This document shows positions 1-10,204 of a stretch of DNA of 64,000 bases, piece by piece (position 1 is the stretch's first letter; each line of letters starts with the position of its first letter). Source of the DNA: Takakia lepidozioides (taxonomy: Eukaryota; Plantae; Bryophyta). A program made the translations under genes and the position numbers. The notes beneath the pieces are model-generated. The model did not search any database. It worked only from the letters and a program-made list of their open reading frames with translations, and was not told the DNA's origin. The stretch lies in NCBI GenBank assembly GCA_030704615.1, contig CM060732.1, positions 23,560,001 through 23,624,000 on the forward strand, read 5' to 3'.

Positions 1-754
1 AGGGTTCACGAAGCATTGGTCAAGGTACAAGTCAATGTAATGAGTTGTGAAGAGACCACATTCCCATGTGGAAGATTGTTGGGGAACTGGGGGGCGCACC
101 CATTGCATAGGATCGGTGGCCTCCACCCACCTTGGGTGATCTGGAGGGTAGAATCCTCTTACCATAGCCCAGAATCTAGCAAACAGTGGCTTCAACCTCT
201 TGTGTTTGTGCATGTTTTTAATGCTATTCAAGTGAAGGTGGCGCATGGGTTCCATTATTACGACACTCCAGTGGTTGCTGCACAATACATGCAGACTTTC
301 AGCATCGTCATATCCACGAAACACACGATTCCACATGCAAAATGCGTATGGAAGCGAGACAAAGGGGCAGGGTGTGCAGAAAACTCACTCAGAAGTAACA
401 GGGACAATGAGCGCTTCCACACCAACACAATTCAGAGAAGGGAATCGTCTGTCCATCCAAGTCTGTATGGACTCAACTGTTGTCCCATATGCACTGCAAT
501 GGTCCCGAAGACAAATCCCAAGTGAAACTGTCTAGAAATCGCACATTACTACGTACAGTGGTAAGGAGGGAAAGTGTTTTGCAAGAAACCCAAAAGTCCA
601 TGAGGCGGTCGCTTGTCCAGCCCCTTGCATGCACCAGGTCATCTGCATCTTCTAGTCTAAGAGGGATCTGAGGGGAGAATGCATCTTGCATAAACCATAT
701 GTATGTCGTTGGTCGGACAAGCGCACCACAGGCAATCCTGAAAACACGCACCAC
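1..754 (-). pseudogene. Ulp1-like (peptidase C48, SUMO-protease family) domain, spliced and frameshifted; runs off the left window edge; probably transposon-associated
   Basis: Minus-strand translation gives RGWTSDRLMDFW...VRFLDSFTW, then a 1-nt frameshift near 510, then EALIVPVTSD across a GT-AG intron (~388-279) into NHWSVVIM..LHLNSI...PVPQQSSTWECGLFTTHYI. This is the Ulp1 order HW / DS / PQQ..CG, with Asn at the usual Asp position. Confidence 0.75.
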
Positions 755-1217
755 ATATGCGTTTAAGGCAAATGTGCATGGTCAATGACAATGCTGGTGC
801 AATTCGCAAGAGGATTTGAAGGTATACCATATCATTTACTATAAAGAAGGGTGCACGGGCGTTGAACTCACAATACTTTTTCCATCTCGCTATGTATCCT
901 GCACAGTGCCGAGGAACCATAAGAATTCACGCGCACATGCAAGCGCTCGTGCAACAGTACACATACAAAAAAACATGTTACATGCAGGAATACAAATGCT
1001 TACCTCTTCCTCGTTTTAGTTCGTTGGCTTGGAACTACAAGTACAGCATTGGGTGGAACCTCATCTGGAGAATGGTGCATTGCATCACTCGCGCTATCAG
1101 CCGCGATGGCGATGGGGCTGGCGAATGTGACATTGCGGGCAGACTTACGTTTGCCCTGCACACTCCCATCCACGTCACCCTGAGTCTGTGCTGTGGCGTC
1201 TGTACTGTCAAATGTAT

Positions 1218-3202
1218 TCACACCCGAGGGAAAGAAATATTTGGGGACGGAGCTGGCGATGGAGCTAGAGCAGAAATGAAACCAAGGATGGCCTCTGCAA
1301 TGGTGAAACCTGCCTTGAGAGCCTTGATGCTCCTTGCAAAGCCTCCAGAGGAAGGGAAGTTTCTGGAGGATGGTGCGCCATCTGAGGATCCGTCTGACAG
1401 TGACTGCTTTGTGGCCCAGGAAAAGGAGGTCGGGCTTGGCTTTTCGCTAATGGTATCCTTGTTAACCGCTGGTTTATGACTTAGACAAAACAAGCTATCA
1501 GCATCACTACCCATTTCCTAAGACATGCAACAGAGGTTGTCCGACGGTATGCTTTCAGAAACGATTACGAAGTAATCGTTTTAAGGATAGCTAAACCATG
1601 AACATCGTATGAATTTATCTCCAGGCAGACTACTTAATCCTATTGATTAAGCTCAATTTATAGTCTCTCCCTGGGACGAATGGGGGAAGGCAATGCAGAG
1701 ATTTTCTAATGTGGCATTCGGGGCTCTTCAAAAAGATGGACATGGGGGGTTTCTGAGGAACCAACAATGGTTGCCGCAGAAACAAATGCACCATCATCAA
1801 GGGGACATTGGACACTAAGGGGGGCAGGACTCATAAAAGGATGTGCAGAATTGCAAGAGGCCACAGGGGGCAGAAGTCCACCACAATCGGGAAAGACCTG
1901 ACTGCCAGCAAGGTCCATTTCAAGTTGAGTCAGGAGACCTGGTTGGGGACAAAGAATGTCGTCAGAGACATCTACAGAGGTGTCTTTGTCATGGGGGTGA
2001 AGGACATTTACGCCGGCGTCCACATCATCTGCACATACAGGTTTTGTTGTGGGTGCATTTGTAACACTGTCCACCACAGCAGGAAGGGGGCCATCTGAAT
2101 TATGAGGTTGGACGACTGTTTCCACTTCAGGCTGTACCAAATCATCTGCACGCGGAGGGCTACCCACGTTCTTGGAGGCAATGTCAGCCGTATCCACCAA
2201 CACGTGGATATTTGTATCCCCTATGGGGTAGCGGGGGGGCGATCCATTGCCTACTCTGGGAAGGAGAAGCAACCCCAACGCTACACAAGTGCATATTCTG
2301 TGGCACCCCAGCCTGGCAAGAGCAACAGCATCTGCAGATTTTTGCGCACATTGGAATGCCTCGTTGACTTCAGAGTCATTGTAATCAAGAGAGCCTGCAC
2401 AGGTCAAGGTGGAGTACACTTAAGCACCTCTTTCATTTCAAAGCAGCACACATACTTACACGTACAAAGAAGACATTGTAAAAACATCCATATTGCAATG
2501 ACTATCGTGCAAAGGATGGACATTTCACCTACCTGGATCCCGACCAATCCAACCCAAGTCAAGATCCTCTTGATACTTCAAGGCAGCTTTGAAATCCTGG
2601 AGGGCCTTATCAACACCATGTCATGGCAGTCCCACCCCACACCACAAGACCTCAAAGGAAGTAGGGTTACAAATGGCAAGGACTTGTGCAGCCCTGTATC
2701 CGACTCCGTGCATGAACTCATTCATGGAATCCAATACACGCAACTGGTCCTCTTCTTGCCGGTCAACAAGGTCATGTGCAGTTTCGAGCACCCCCCTCTT
2801 GACCTCCTCGTAGGGGGGCATGCCACCATACAGTAACTGTCCAAATGACATGAAATTCGCTGTAGCATTTCTAATCGCAGTCTTACCCTCGCTGGTGTAC
2901 AAAAGTTGCTCAAGGAGTACATGCAACACCGAGTTCCTGGGTGTGGATAGGGGAGTAGACGCATCAACGTGGCACATCCAAATCAAGCGCAAAACCCGCA
3001 TGAAAGGGGGCACACAGGGGCTCTCCCACGGGTTCGTTGATGACGATAGAAGGTCCATGAGCCTGTGGGCTTCTTTTTTCGAATGCTTGTAAATATTAGG
3101 CATGTCCGGGAACTCAACCATCTTGAGAATTCTGAACAAGGGTGACCAGCCCCATTTAGCCTCGTCTAATTCATCATGTGTTACCCTCTCCCATTTGGCC
3201 AT
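1218..3202 (-). other. Series of co-oriented ORFs (2621-3202, 1706-2419, 1218-1514); probable upstream exons of the Ulp1-domain transposon gene; product unknown
   Basis: Long minus-strand ORFs on the same strand as, and upstream of, the Ulp1 segment, with low-complexity P/D/V/S tracts and splice-like signals near 2400-2460. No recognisable domain. Confidence 0.3.
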
Positions 3203-3400
3203 GCGAGCGTGGCCAGCGATCGAGGGTCCTCAACAAAACCATGTGTAAATTGTCAGGGCTTTCCTAATCAATGAAGGTGAATTGTTCTTTGCGAAATTTG
3301 GAGCTGCTCAGTAGCCCTTATCGCAGTCGCTGCAAGTCTTGTAAAATGATCTTTCACAAGGCTGTTCATCCTGGATTAGCTACCTGATACTCTGGACAAT

Positions 3401-3997
3401 ATGTCAGCAGGTTTGAGAGACGTATCAGGATTTATGGGCAATCTGACAAGCGGTCCTAGGGAGCAGCCTCCATACCAAACCATGGTGGAGGATGCAGAGT
3501 GGGCGCTCAAGGAGCGCCCAGGCTCTACTCAGCGGGACATATTCAGGTTTCTGGAGGACAAATACGAGCGTAAGATACCCAACAAGGCAAAAAAGTCACT
3601 GGGTACGCGGTTGAAGAAGGCCCTCAGAAACAGCCGAACGGAGGTCAAACGTGCAAGACGGGGAAGCTCATCGAGACGGGGAAGCTCATCAAGACGGGGA
3701 AACTCATCTTCCTCGTCGAGAGGTAAAAGTCGTGGTCGCAAGGGCAAGCGAAGCCCCACTGTAAGCCGCATGGAAACTCCTGCAAAGCTGTCGCATAAAA
3801 GGCCCAAAGGTAAATTTGCACCGGTTGCAAAGAAGCCAAGGATTCATACTGACAAGCAAGTTGAAAGGCCCCAAGGCAAGTTTGCACCAGACGCAAAGAA
3901 GCCAAGGATGAAGAGTGACAAGCAAGTTGAAAGGCTCGACGACACACCATCCGATAGCATCACTGACAGCATCACTGTGGACGACAATAGATTCTAG
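3401..3997 (+). CDS. Linker histone H1-derived basic protein: partial H15 winged-helix domain plus Arg/Ser-rich protamine-like tail
   Basis: Intact intronless 198-aa ORF. QPPYQTMVEDAEWALKERPGSTQRDIFRFLEDKYERKIPNKAKKSLGTRLKK matches plant H1 globular helices (HPPY.EM..AI.ALKER.GSS..AI..+E.KY..P...K.L...LKK). It is followed by RRGSSS repeats and two 22-aa Lys-rich repeats. Confidence 0.75.
   Translation: MSAGLRDVSGFMGNLTSGPREQPPYQTMVEDAEWALKERPGSTQRDIFRFLEDKYERKIPNKAKKSLGTRLKKALRNSRTEVKRARRGSSSRRGSSSRRGNSSSSSRGKSRGRKGKRSPTVSRMETPAKLSHKRPKGKFAPVAKKPRIHTDKQVERPQGKFAPDAKKPRMKSDKQVERLDDTPSDSITDSITVDDNRF
3798..3935 (+). repeat. 66-bp in-frame tandem duplication within the H1-like ORF
   Basis: RPKGKFAPVAKKPRIHTDKQVE / RPQGKFAPDAKKPRMKSDKQVE; copies start at ~3798 and ~3864. 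There is also an 18-bp AGACGGGGAAGCTCATCG-type repeat x3 at ~3656-3710. Confidence 0.9.
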
Positions 3998-5499
3998 ATC
4001 AATTCCAATCCTCTTGCAAGCCCTCAGAACGTTGTGCTTGATCAATCATGAGGGCGGATCACCCTCTTGCGTTACATGTTGTTAAGGCAGTTTGACACAC
4101 AGTTAGCCATTCAATCATCCCCTGACTTTGTTGAGATTATTTCCAGTAACAGTTCTATATTTGTTGTACTCGACAACCGCGACGCATTCACTGTACCAGC
4201 CAGCATGGTCGAGAGTGAAACCAAGACGTTTCGCAAACAAATTTAATGTCTTCTTCAAAAGCTCCGTAAGCTCAGGGGGCGGTCCACCATGCTAGTCGTG
4301 CGCCAGGAAGGACCCCACATTAGCATAGAACGGAACAGAACGAATGACAGTGAAGGATAAAAAGCATGGATGCAAACCAAATGCTTCATGTCCAATTACA
4401 AGTAATACAATATAATGAACACAGTCCCAATTCCGTGATGTGCAAAACACCAGCTCAAAATGCAGAATGCATGGAGGTTCCAGTATGATTGAAGTCACCA
4501 CCATTCCATACATTTGGGCAGAAGATGCAGGGCGCAGTGAAATGAATGCATGGGATACAATCGCAGCAGAAGCATGTATCCATAACCATGACAGAAAATG
4601 ATTGGAAGTAAAATTGTTGAGGGTGAGAAGGGGACATACCATGAATTTCATAAACCATCTACCGTAGGCAGCACCCATCATACTGTCAGCAAAATCAGGG
4701 GTCCCCGAAAGGTCCACAAGTCTGTGGTAAACCTATCATTTATAGCCTCCATCTGGGTTCAGCCTCGACGCTTCGGAAGGCCTGGCAGGCTCCTGGATCA
4801 CTACCCATCATGCTACTTACTACTCCAACAACAGAGCGGTGGAGCTCTCCCTTAAGTTGGTCGGCGACTTTTTTGCTCGCTATTTCTATCAGCTCCGCCT
4901 CTCAAAGGAGTCCACTGTCCACTTTGGTACGTTCTAGGACAAGTCACCTCTTTTCGACTTGGCCTCCATTGTTCACCTACTGATGGTTTTTAGCTGGGAC
5001 GAGATCGCCAGTGGATCCGTTGAAATCGAGTCCGCGTCCTGGGTCTCCAAGGCTGCCCTCTCCGACAGTTCCTACGGAGATCTTTCCAGAGGTGCCTTGC
5101 TGCTGAAAGCTGGCTTCACCCTTGTTAATGCCATTCTAGGGCGCTCGTCAGTGCCGCCCTCTCCTGATAGTGCTGCTCTCCTCCATGCATACGGCCTCCT
5201 CTCTTTTGCCAGTGCAGCGAAGAAATGCCGCCCTGCACCACCGGCTGATGCCTCTCCTTCCACCTTCGTGGGGTCTTCCCCTCTAGTAAGCTCTGCTTAC
5301 CTCGCTCACCCCCTCTTCATTTGCTACTCTTGTCCTCATCTGCAGAAAAGACGTATGGTTCTGATTCACTCTCACTCTCATTGTAAGCTCCTGCCTATCT
5401 TTCGTCTTCCTCCCAATCATGAGAGTCTCTCTGAGCAGTTCCTCTATGACTATGCCCATGCCTTAGGCTTGTTTGCATTCATAGATCGCTGCAGCTAAT

Positions 5500-6352
5500 T
5501 CATCTCGCGCAAGAAAGCTAAGTTTGTCGCCCTAACTGTTGGTAGAGATGAAGGCACTTGACCAAATTCTTCTCCCTTTGAGAGTTTGCTCTTGCAAACT
5601 CTTGGTAGAGGTCCTGGGCTCTTTTACGAACAACGTCTAGCTTGGACAAGAACTTCAGCGTTTTCGATTGATAGTGATTCCCAGAGGAAACCCACACTTG
5701 GACCAGATCTTGGACCAGATCTTGGACCAAATTCTGCGATTTCAAGAAGGCTGGGTTCAACTTAAAATAACCCCTTCCTTTAGCTCTAGTTCCTGGCACA
5801 GAAAAATGGACCCCTATTTCTGCATGGTCAAAATCTGGAAGCACTGGTCCAATAGGTTGAGACTGACCCCATGGGATAATGCCCGTAGTGCAATAAAGAC
5901 AATCCAATTTGGCCATACACAAATTTGGGGGAGCTCGATTATTAAATCAGATGAGCAGAAAGACAAAGGGATTCCCAAGCATCAAACTCTTCAGGGGAGG
6001 TAACATGGGTTGAGGCTTGCAACCTGTCTAGAGCTCTGTCAGGCATGTTAAATTCCCGGCCAATATCCATTTGTCAATTTTCGGGCTAGAGTAAGATTTT
6101 GGAGTGCAAAAGCTTCCATAATGAAATCTTATCCTCTACCCCATTTGGCACATAGACATTGATGAAACCGGTTTTGCAACCACTGAGCCGGAAAAGAAAG
6201 GATCCCGAATTGAGCTCGACCAGTCAACCATATGTCCATGTTGGAGACGTGAGTGGCCAAGGCCGGGGAGACGAGCGCCGCCGTTCCTCCTCTAGAGTCA
6301 GAGACAGTCTTGCTCCACCAAGCAAGGTTAGCAGACCACACAGAATGACCTA
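5500..6352 (-). mobile_element. Inverted AP-endonuclease segment of the LINE ORF2
   Basis: Minus-strand RGGTAALVS, AKLDCLY (SRLDRFY-like), DFDH and GYFKLN motifs of L1 endonuclease, opposite in orientation to the RT that starts at ~6386. Confidence 0.8.
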
Positions 6353-7905
6353 AAGAGGCAATTTTAGCATCGTTCGCCTAAAGAAATGGCAGCCCTTGTT
6401 GAGCAGCACTTTGCGAAGCTCTTGTCTAAAAGGCCTCACTCCCCTGAAGTATCCCAGGCTGCTGATACCATTCTTGAGCACATTCCTTCTCTTCTTTCTG
6501 ATAGTGACAAGCAGTTGCTCTCCTCTCCTTTCACTGATATAGAGCTTGCTAAGGCCATGGAGTCACTCCAACTTGGAAAAATGCCTGGGCTGGATGGGCT
6601 CCCCATCGAGTTTTTTAGAGCGTTATGGTCAACCATTGTTGATGACTTGCCTTAACTGAGGACATTTTCTCGAAAGGGATCATGCCCTCAGAGCTCTCAA
6701 GTGGTCTTATAACGCTGATTTTCAAGAAAGGGGATAGAAGCCTGATCTCAAATTGTCGCCCTATTACTCTCCTGAATACTACTTATAAAATCATAGCAAA
6801 GGCATTATCTCTTTGGATACAGCCCATACTCTCTAGGATTATTAGGCCCGAGCAGTTTGGATTTCTCAAAGGTAGACAATGTTCTTTTAATTAAGGAAGC
6901 TATGCATGAGGCCAAGTGCTCAGAGTAGCCTCTGGCAATACTTACGCTAGAGTTCGAAAAGGCCTTCGATAATATGGATTGGTCCTTTCTCAACAAAATT
7001 CTCTCCAAAGTTGGATTGTCGGAGCCCTTCACTCGTTGGGTCAATATACTGCTAACCTCTGCTTCAAACAAGATTGCTTTGAATGGTTATATTTCCAACT
7101 CATTCTCTCTCCATAGGTCTGTGAGGCAAGGCCCCTTGGCTCCTTTTCTTTTCCTCATAGCTGCAGATGCACTTGGTCACTATCTCAATGCAAGACATGA
7201 TATTATTGGGCTTAGGGTGAGCGCTGGTCCCTCCATAAAGATCTCAATGTACGCCGATGATACGTCCCTGCTGCTCAATAATGAGAACTCCCCGAATGTT
7301 ACCAGAGCTCGGGAGGCCCTCTCCCTTTTCTGCCTGGCATCTGGCTTGAAAATCAACTGGAATAAGTCTGTCGGAGCTTCCCAGTACATCTACCAATAAC
7401 CACTGCGACCCTTGGGGTAATGATGTTGGTCTTCAATGGCTAGCTCCAGGTCAATCCCACACTCTATTGGGATTTCAAATTGGGATAAGGATGTCTAAGG
7501 AACAAAGATTTGAACCTACCTTGCAGAAACTACAGGCCAAGCTAGCTTTTTGGAGCTCGGCAATGCTCTCAATCATTGGCCGGGCTCTCATTCTAAATCA
7601 AATTTTGTTGGCCTCAACCTGGTTTCCTGCTTCGATCTGGTCCCCGGGACCCAAGCTCATCTCAAAAATCAAAAGGCTAATGCGAAATTTGATCTTGTGG
7701 GGCGCAAATCCACAGGTGCCCTCTAAAAGAGCCTTGGTATCCTGGAACGAGCTATGCAGGCCCAAAAAAGAAGGCGATCTTGGGAATCCTTGATCCTGGT
7801 ATGCAGATAACAGCCTTATTAGCAAAATGGATTTCGCGCTCCTTTGCTCACGGCAACAGTCCCTGATGCATCATTGTTTGCCCTCATTTGTTGTGTGCCA
7901 CTCCC

Positions 7906-8624
7906 TTGGGGGGGTCATTCCCCGTATTTTCAAAACTACGTGAGAACAAATATAGGGTGCAATTTATTTATTTTAGGTAAATTTTAGAAATTTTTTACTT
8001 ATAAAATATGGTAAGGCAATATCCTTTCACCCAGTTTTTTTAAAAAAAAGGTCACAAAAAATCCAGAGTTTTACTTTAAAAATTAATGTAATAAAGGGTT
8101 TTATCTATAGTATAAAGTATCCATCCTTGTGAAGTTTATCATATTGCATCCAGCTCTAATCCATCAGGATGAAATCAGGTAGAGGTCACTTGAAGTTCAA
8201 ATATGATTCCAGTGATACATAGTGGATTGATGTTGATACCATAATCTCAACAATGACTATGACATTTGAACCATCTCAAAACTTGTACTCTTTAGATCTA
8301 AGTGATGCTTCGGCTTCAAGGCTAATGAAAATTAAACTTTTTCTTGGGTCTAGCATTTGACTTATGTTATATGGAATGTACTTGTTTGTGTACATGCTTT
8401 GAAACTTTAGAATTATTTAAAATGATAATTTAAAATATGGTCTAATTAATTTTTGCAAAAGAAAATTATAAAGAGAAATAAGGTATTAAAAAACAAAGGG
8501 TTTTACAATATTACCTAAAGATAGGGTGGAAAAAAAATGCAAAATTTTAAAAATATAGCCTAGTATAAATATACTTTTGTACGCACGTAATATGAAAAAA
8601 AAATACATATAGTGACCCACTGTG
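7906..8624. mobile_element. AT-rich non-autonomous DNA transposon (MITE-like) inserted in the LINE
   Basis: Abrupt AT-rich block flanked by the direct repeat GCCACTCCC (7897-7905 and 8625-8633). Imperfect inverted ends: GGGTCATTCCCCGTATTTTCAAAACTACGTGAGAACAAA vs reverse complement GGGTCACTATATGTATTTT..CATATTACGTGCGTACAAA. Confidence 0.65.
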
Positions 8625-10204
8625 GCCACTCCCCTCAATTCCAATTCTTGGGGACCTTTCCTACGTTGGCTGATTCATGGCTCCAAGAGAACACGTATCA
8701 CTGGCTTACATGCATGAAATTCAATTTGGGCCGCTTGGATTTCTATCCGTCGTTACCTGTCTCAGAGAAGGGCCCTCTGCTTTGAAGAAGCCATCAGACA
8801 ACCGCTCTTCGGCAATCTCAATCTGGATAGCTCGCCCTTGGCTGCCCTTGACAAGAAATGGGCCACCTGGGAATCCAAAGGCTTTGCACATGTCGCCAAC
8901 GTTTGGGAGAATGGTAGCTTTCTGGACCTCCCTTTGTTGTCTTCCCTGATATCGGCTTCTTCTATCCGCCACGGCTGGGAACAAATTAAGCAAGGTGTTT
9001 CCTACGTGCAACCCTTGCTTCTCAACGGTGGATGCACTGATCGAGACTTGCCACTCTGGTTCGGCTCTTATGAAGGTTCATCTCCCTCAGCCTTTCTTTC
9101 AATCAATTCCTATGGTCAAGTTTGGCAGGGTCTGCATTTCTCTTCCTGCGCAGAGGGTAGACTCACTCCCCACAGATATGGAGAGCTCTTTCATGACCAG
9201 GCTTTCCGCATAAGAGTTCTCGACCTCCTCACGGGCACTGCAGACCCTTCCCGCCGCCAGGAGAAGAGATTATTTAGGCTCAGAATGTCTCATTGGTCTG
9301 GTTTCTGAGGCTTCCCCTTAGCAGGCTCCAATTCGACCCAGTAGAGTGGTCGTGGATGGACTCCAAGCACTCGCCATTTCTCGGCTACTCGGTAAAATTG
9401 GGATATAAGCTCTTGCTAGGACAAGACAATTTCTCTGCTAAATGGTGCCAAAAATGGAGTATGGCTCACTCACCCCTGAGTGCGATTGACTGGAAAAAAG
9501 TCTGGCGTGATGTCTAAATTAAGCATCCAGATACTATTGTAGTGAAGATATTTTTAAAGAAAAATCTGAACAAATGACAAGTTTTTTTCACACATGCCGC
9601 GACCCGTTTGGGGTCGCATAAGCAGTTAATGGTTAAAGAAAGAGTAGCCATTTATTTCTCACTAGCCAGCAAAGATTTAGGGCTAAAGGATTACCTCATA
9701 ATCCTTTAGCATAATATAACCATAGTGAAGGTTATTATTCTTCTTTAGGATAGTTGTCATAAAGTCTCTCAAGCACCTAGCCCAATCGTGACAATAGGAT
9801 TTGGCTCATGATTGCCTATATTTTCTTCAACAAGTTGGAGTTCGAGACATTCCGATCGAAACTGGGGGCCAAATACATGAAAAACAAAGTGAACATGAAT
9901 ATGAAGACCGAGAAAGTGAGTGACGCTTTCATCAAATACGTGCTTTCATGCAAGAAAAGGGTTGAAGACATGGAGAAGGAAATGGGCAACCTCAAGGATA
10001 CCTTCAAGTCACATTACCAGTGCATAGGAGGGAAGCGGAGGTTCACGGATGCCAAAACACAGTTGAAAATTGTGAGAAAGAGGGATTCGGATAACATCGC
10101 AATGGTGTTCGTCAACACAGTCTGTGACGATGACGCTCTATTCAACCACTGGGGATTGCTTGATAAGATGATGAGCCGTTTCTTTTGTGGAACAATTCCT
10201 TATG

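Noticed and set aside
16-525. 169-aa plus-strand ORF
   Set aside because: Antisense shadow of the Ulp1-like sequence.
2102-2836. 244-aa plus-strand ORF and similar long antisense ORFs (30946-31593, 37509-37928)
   Set aside because: They overlap better-supported opposite-strand coding sequence and contain no motifs.
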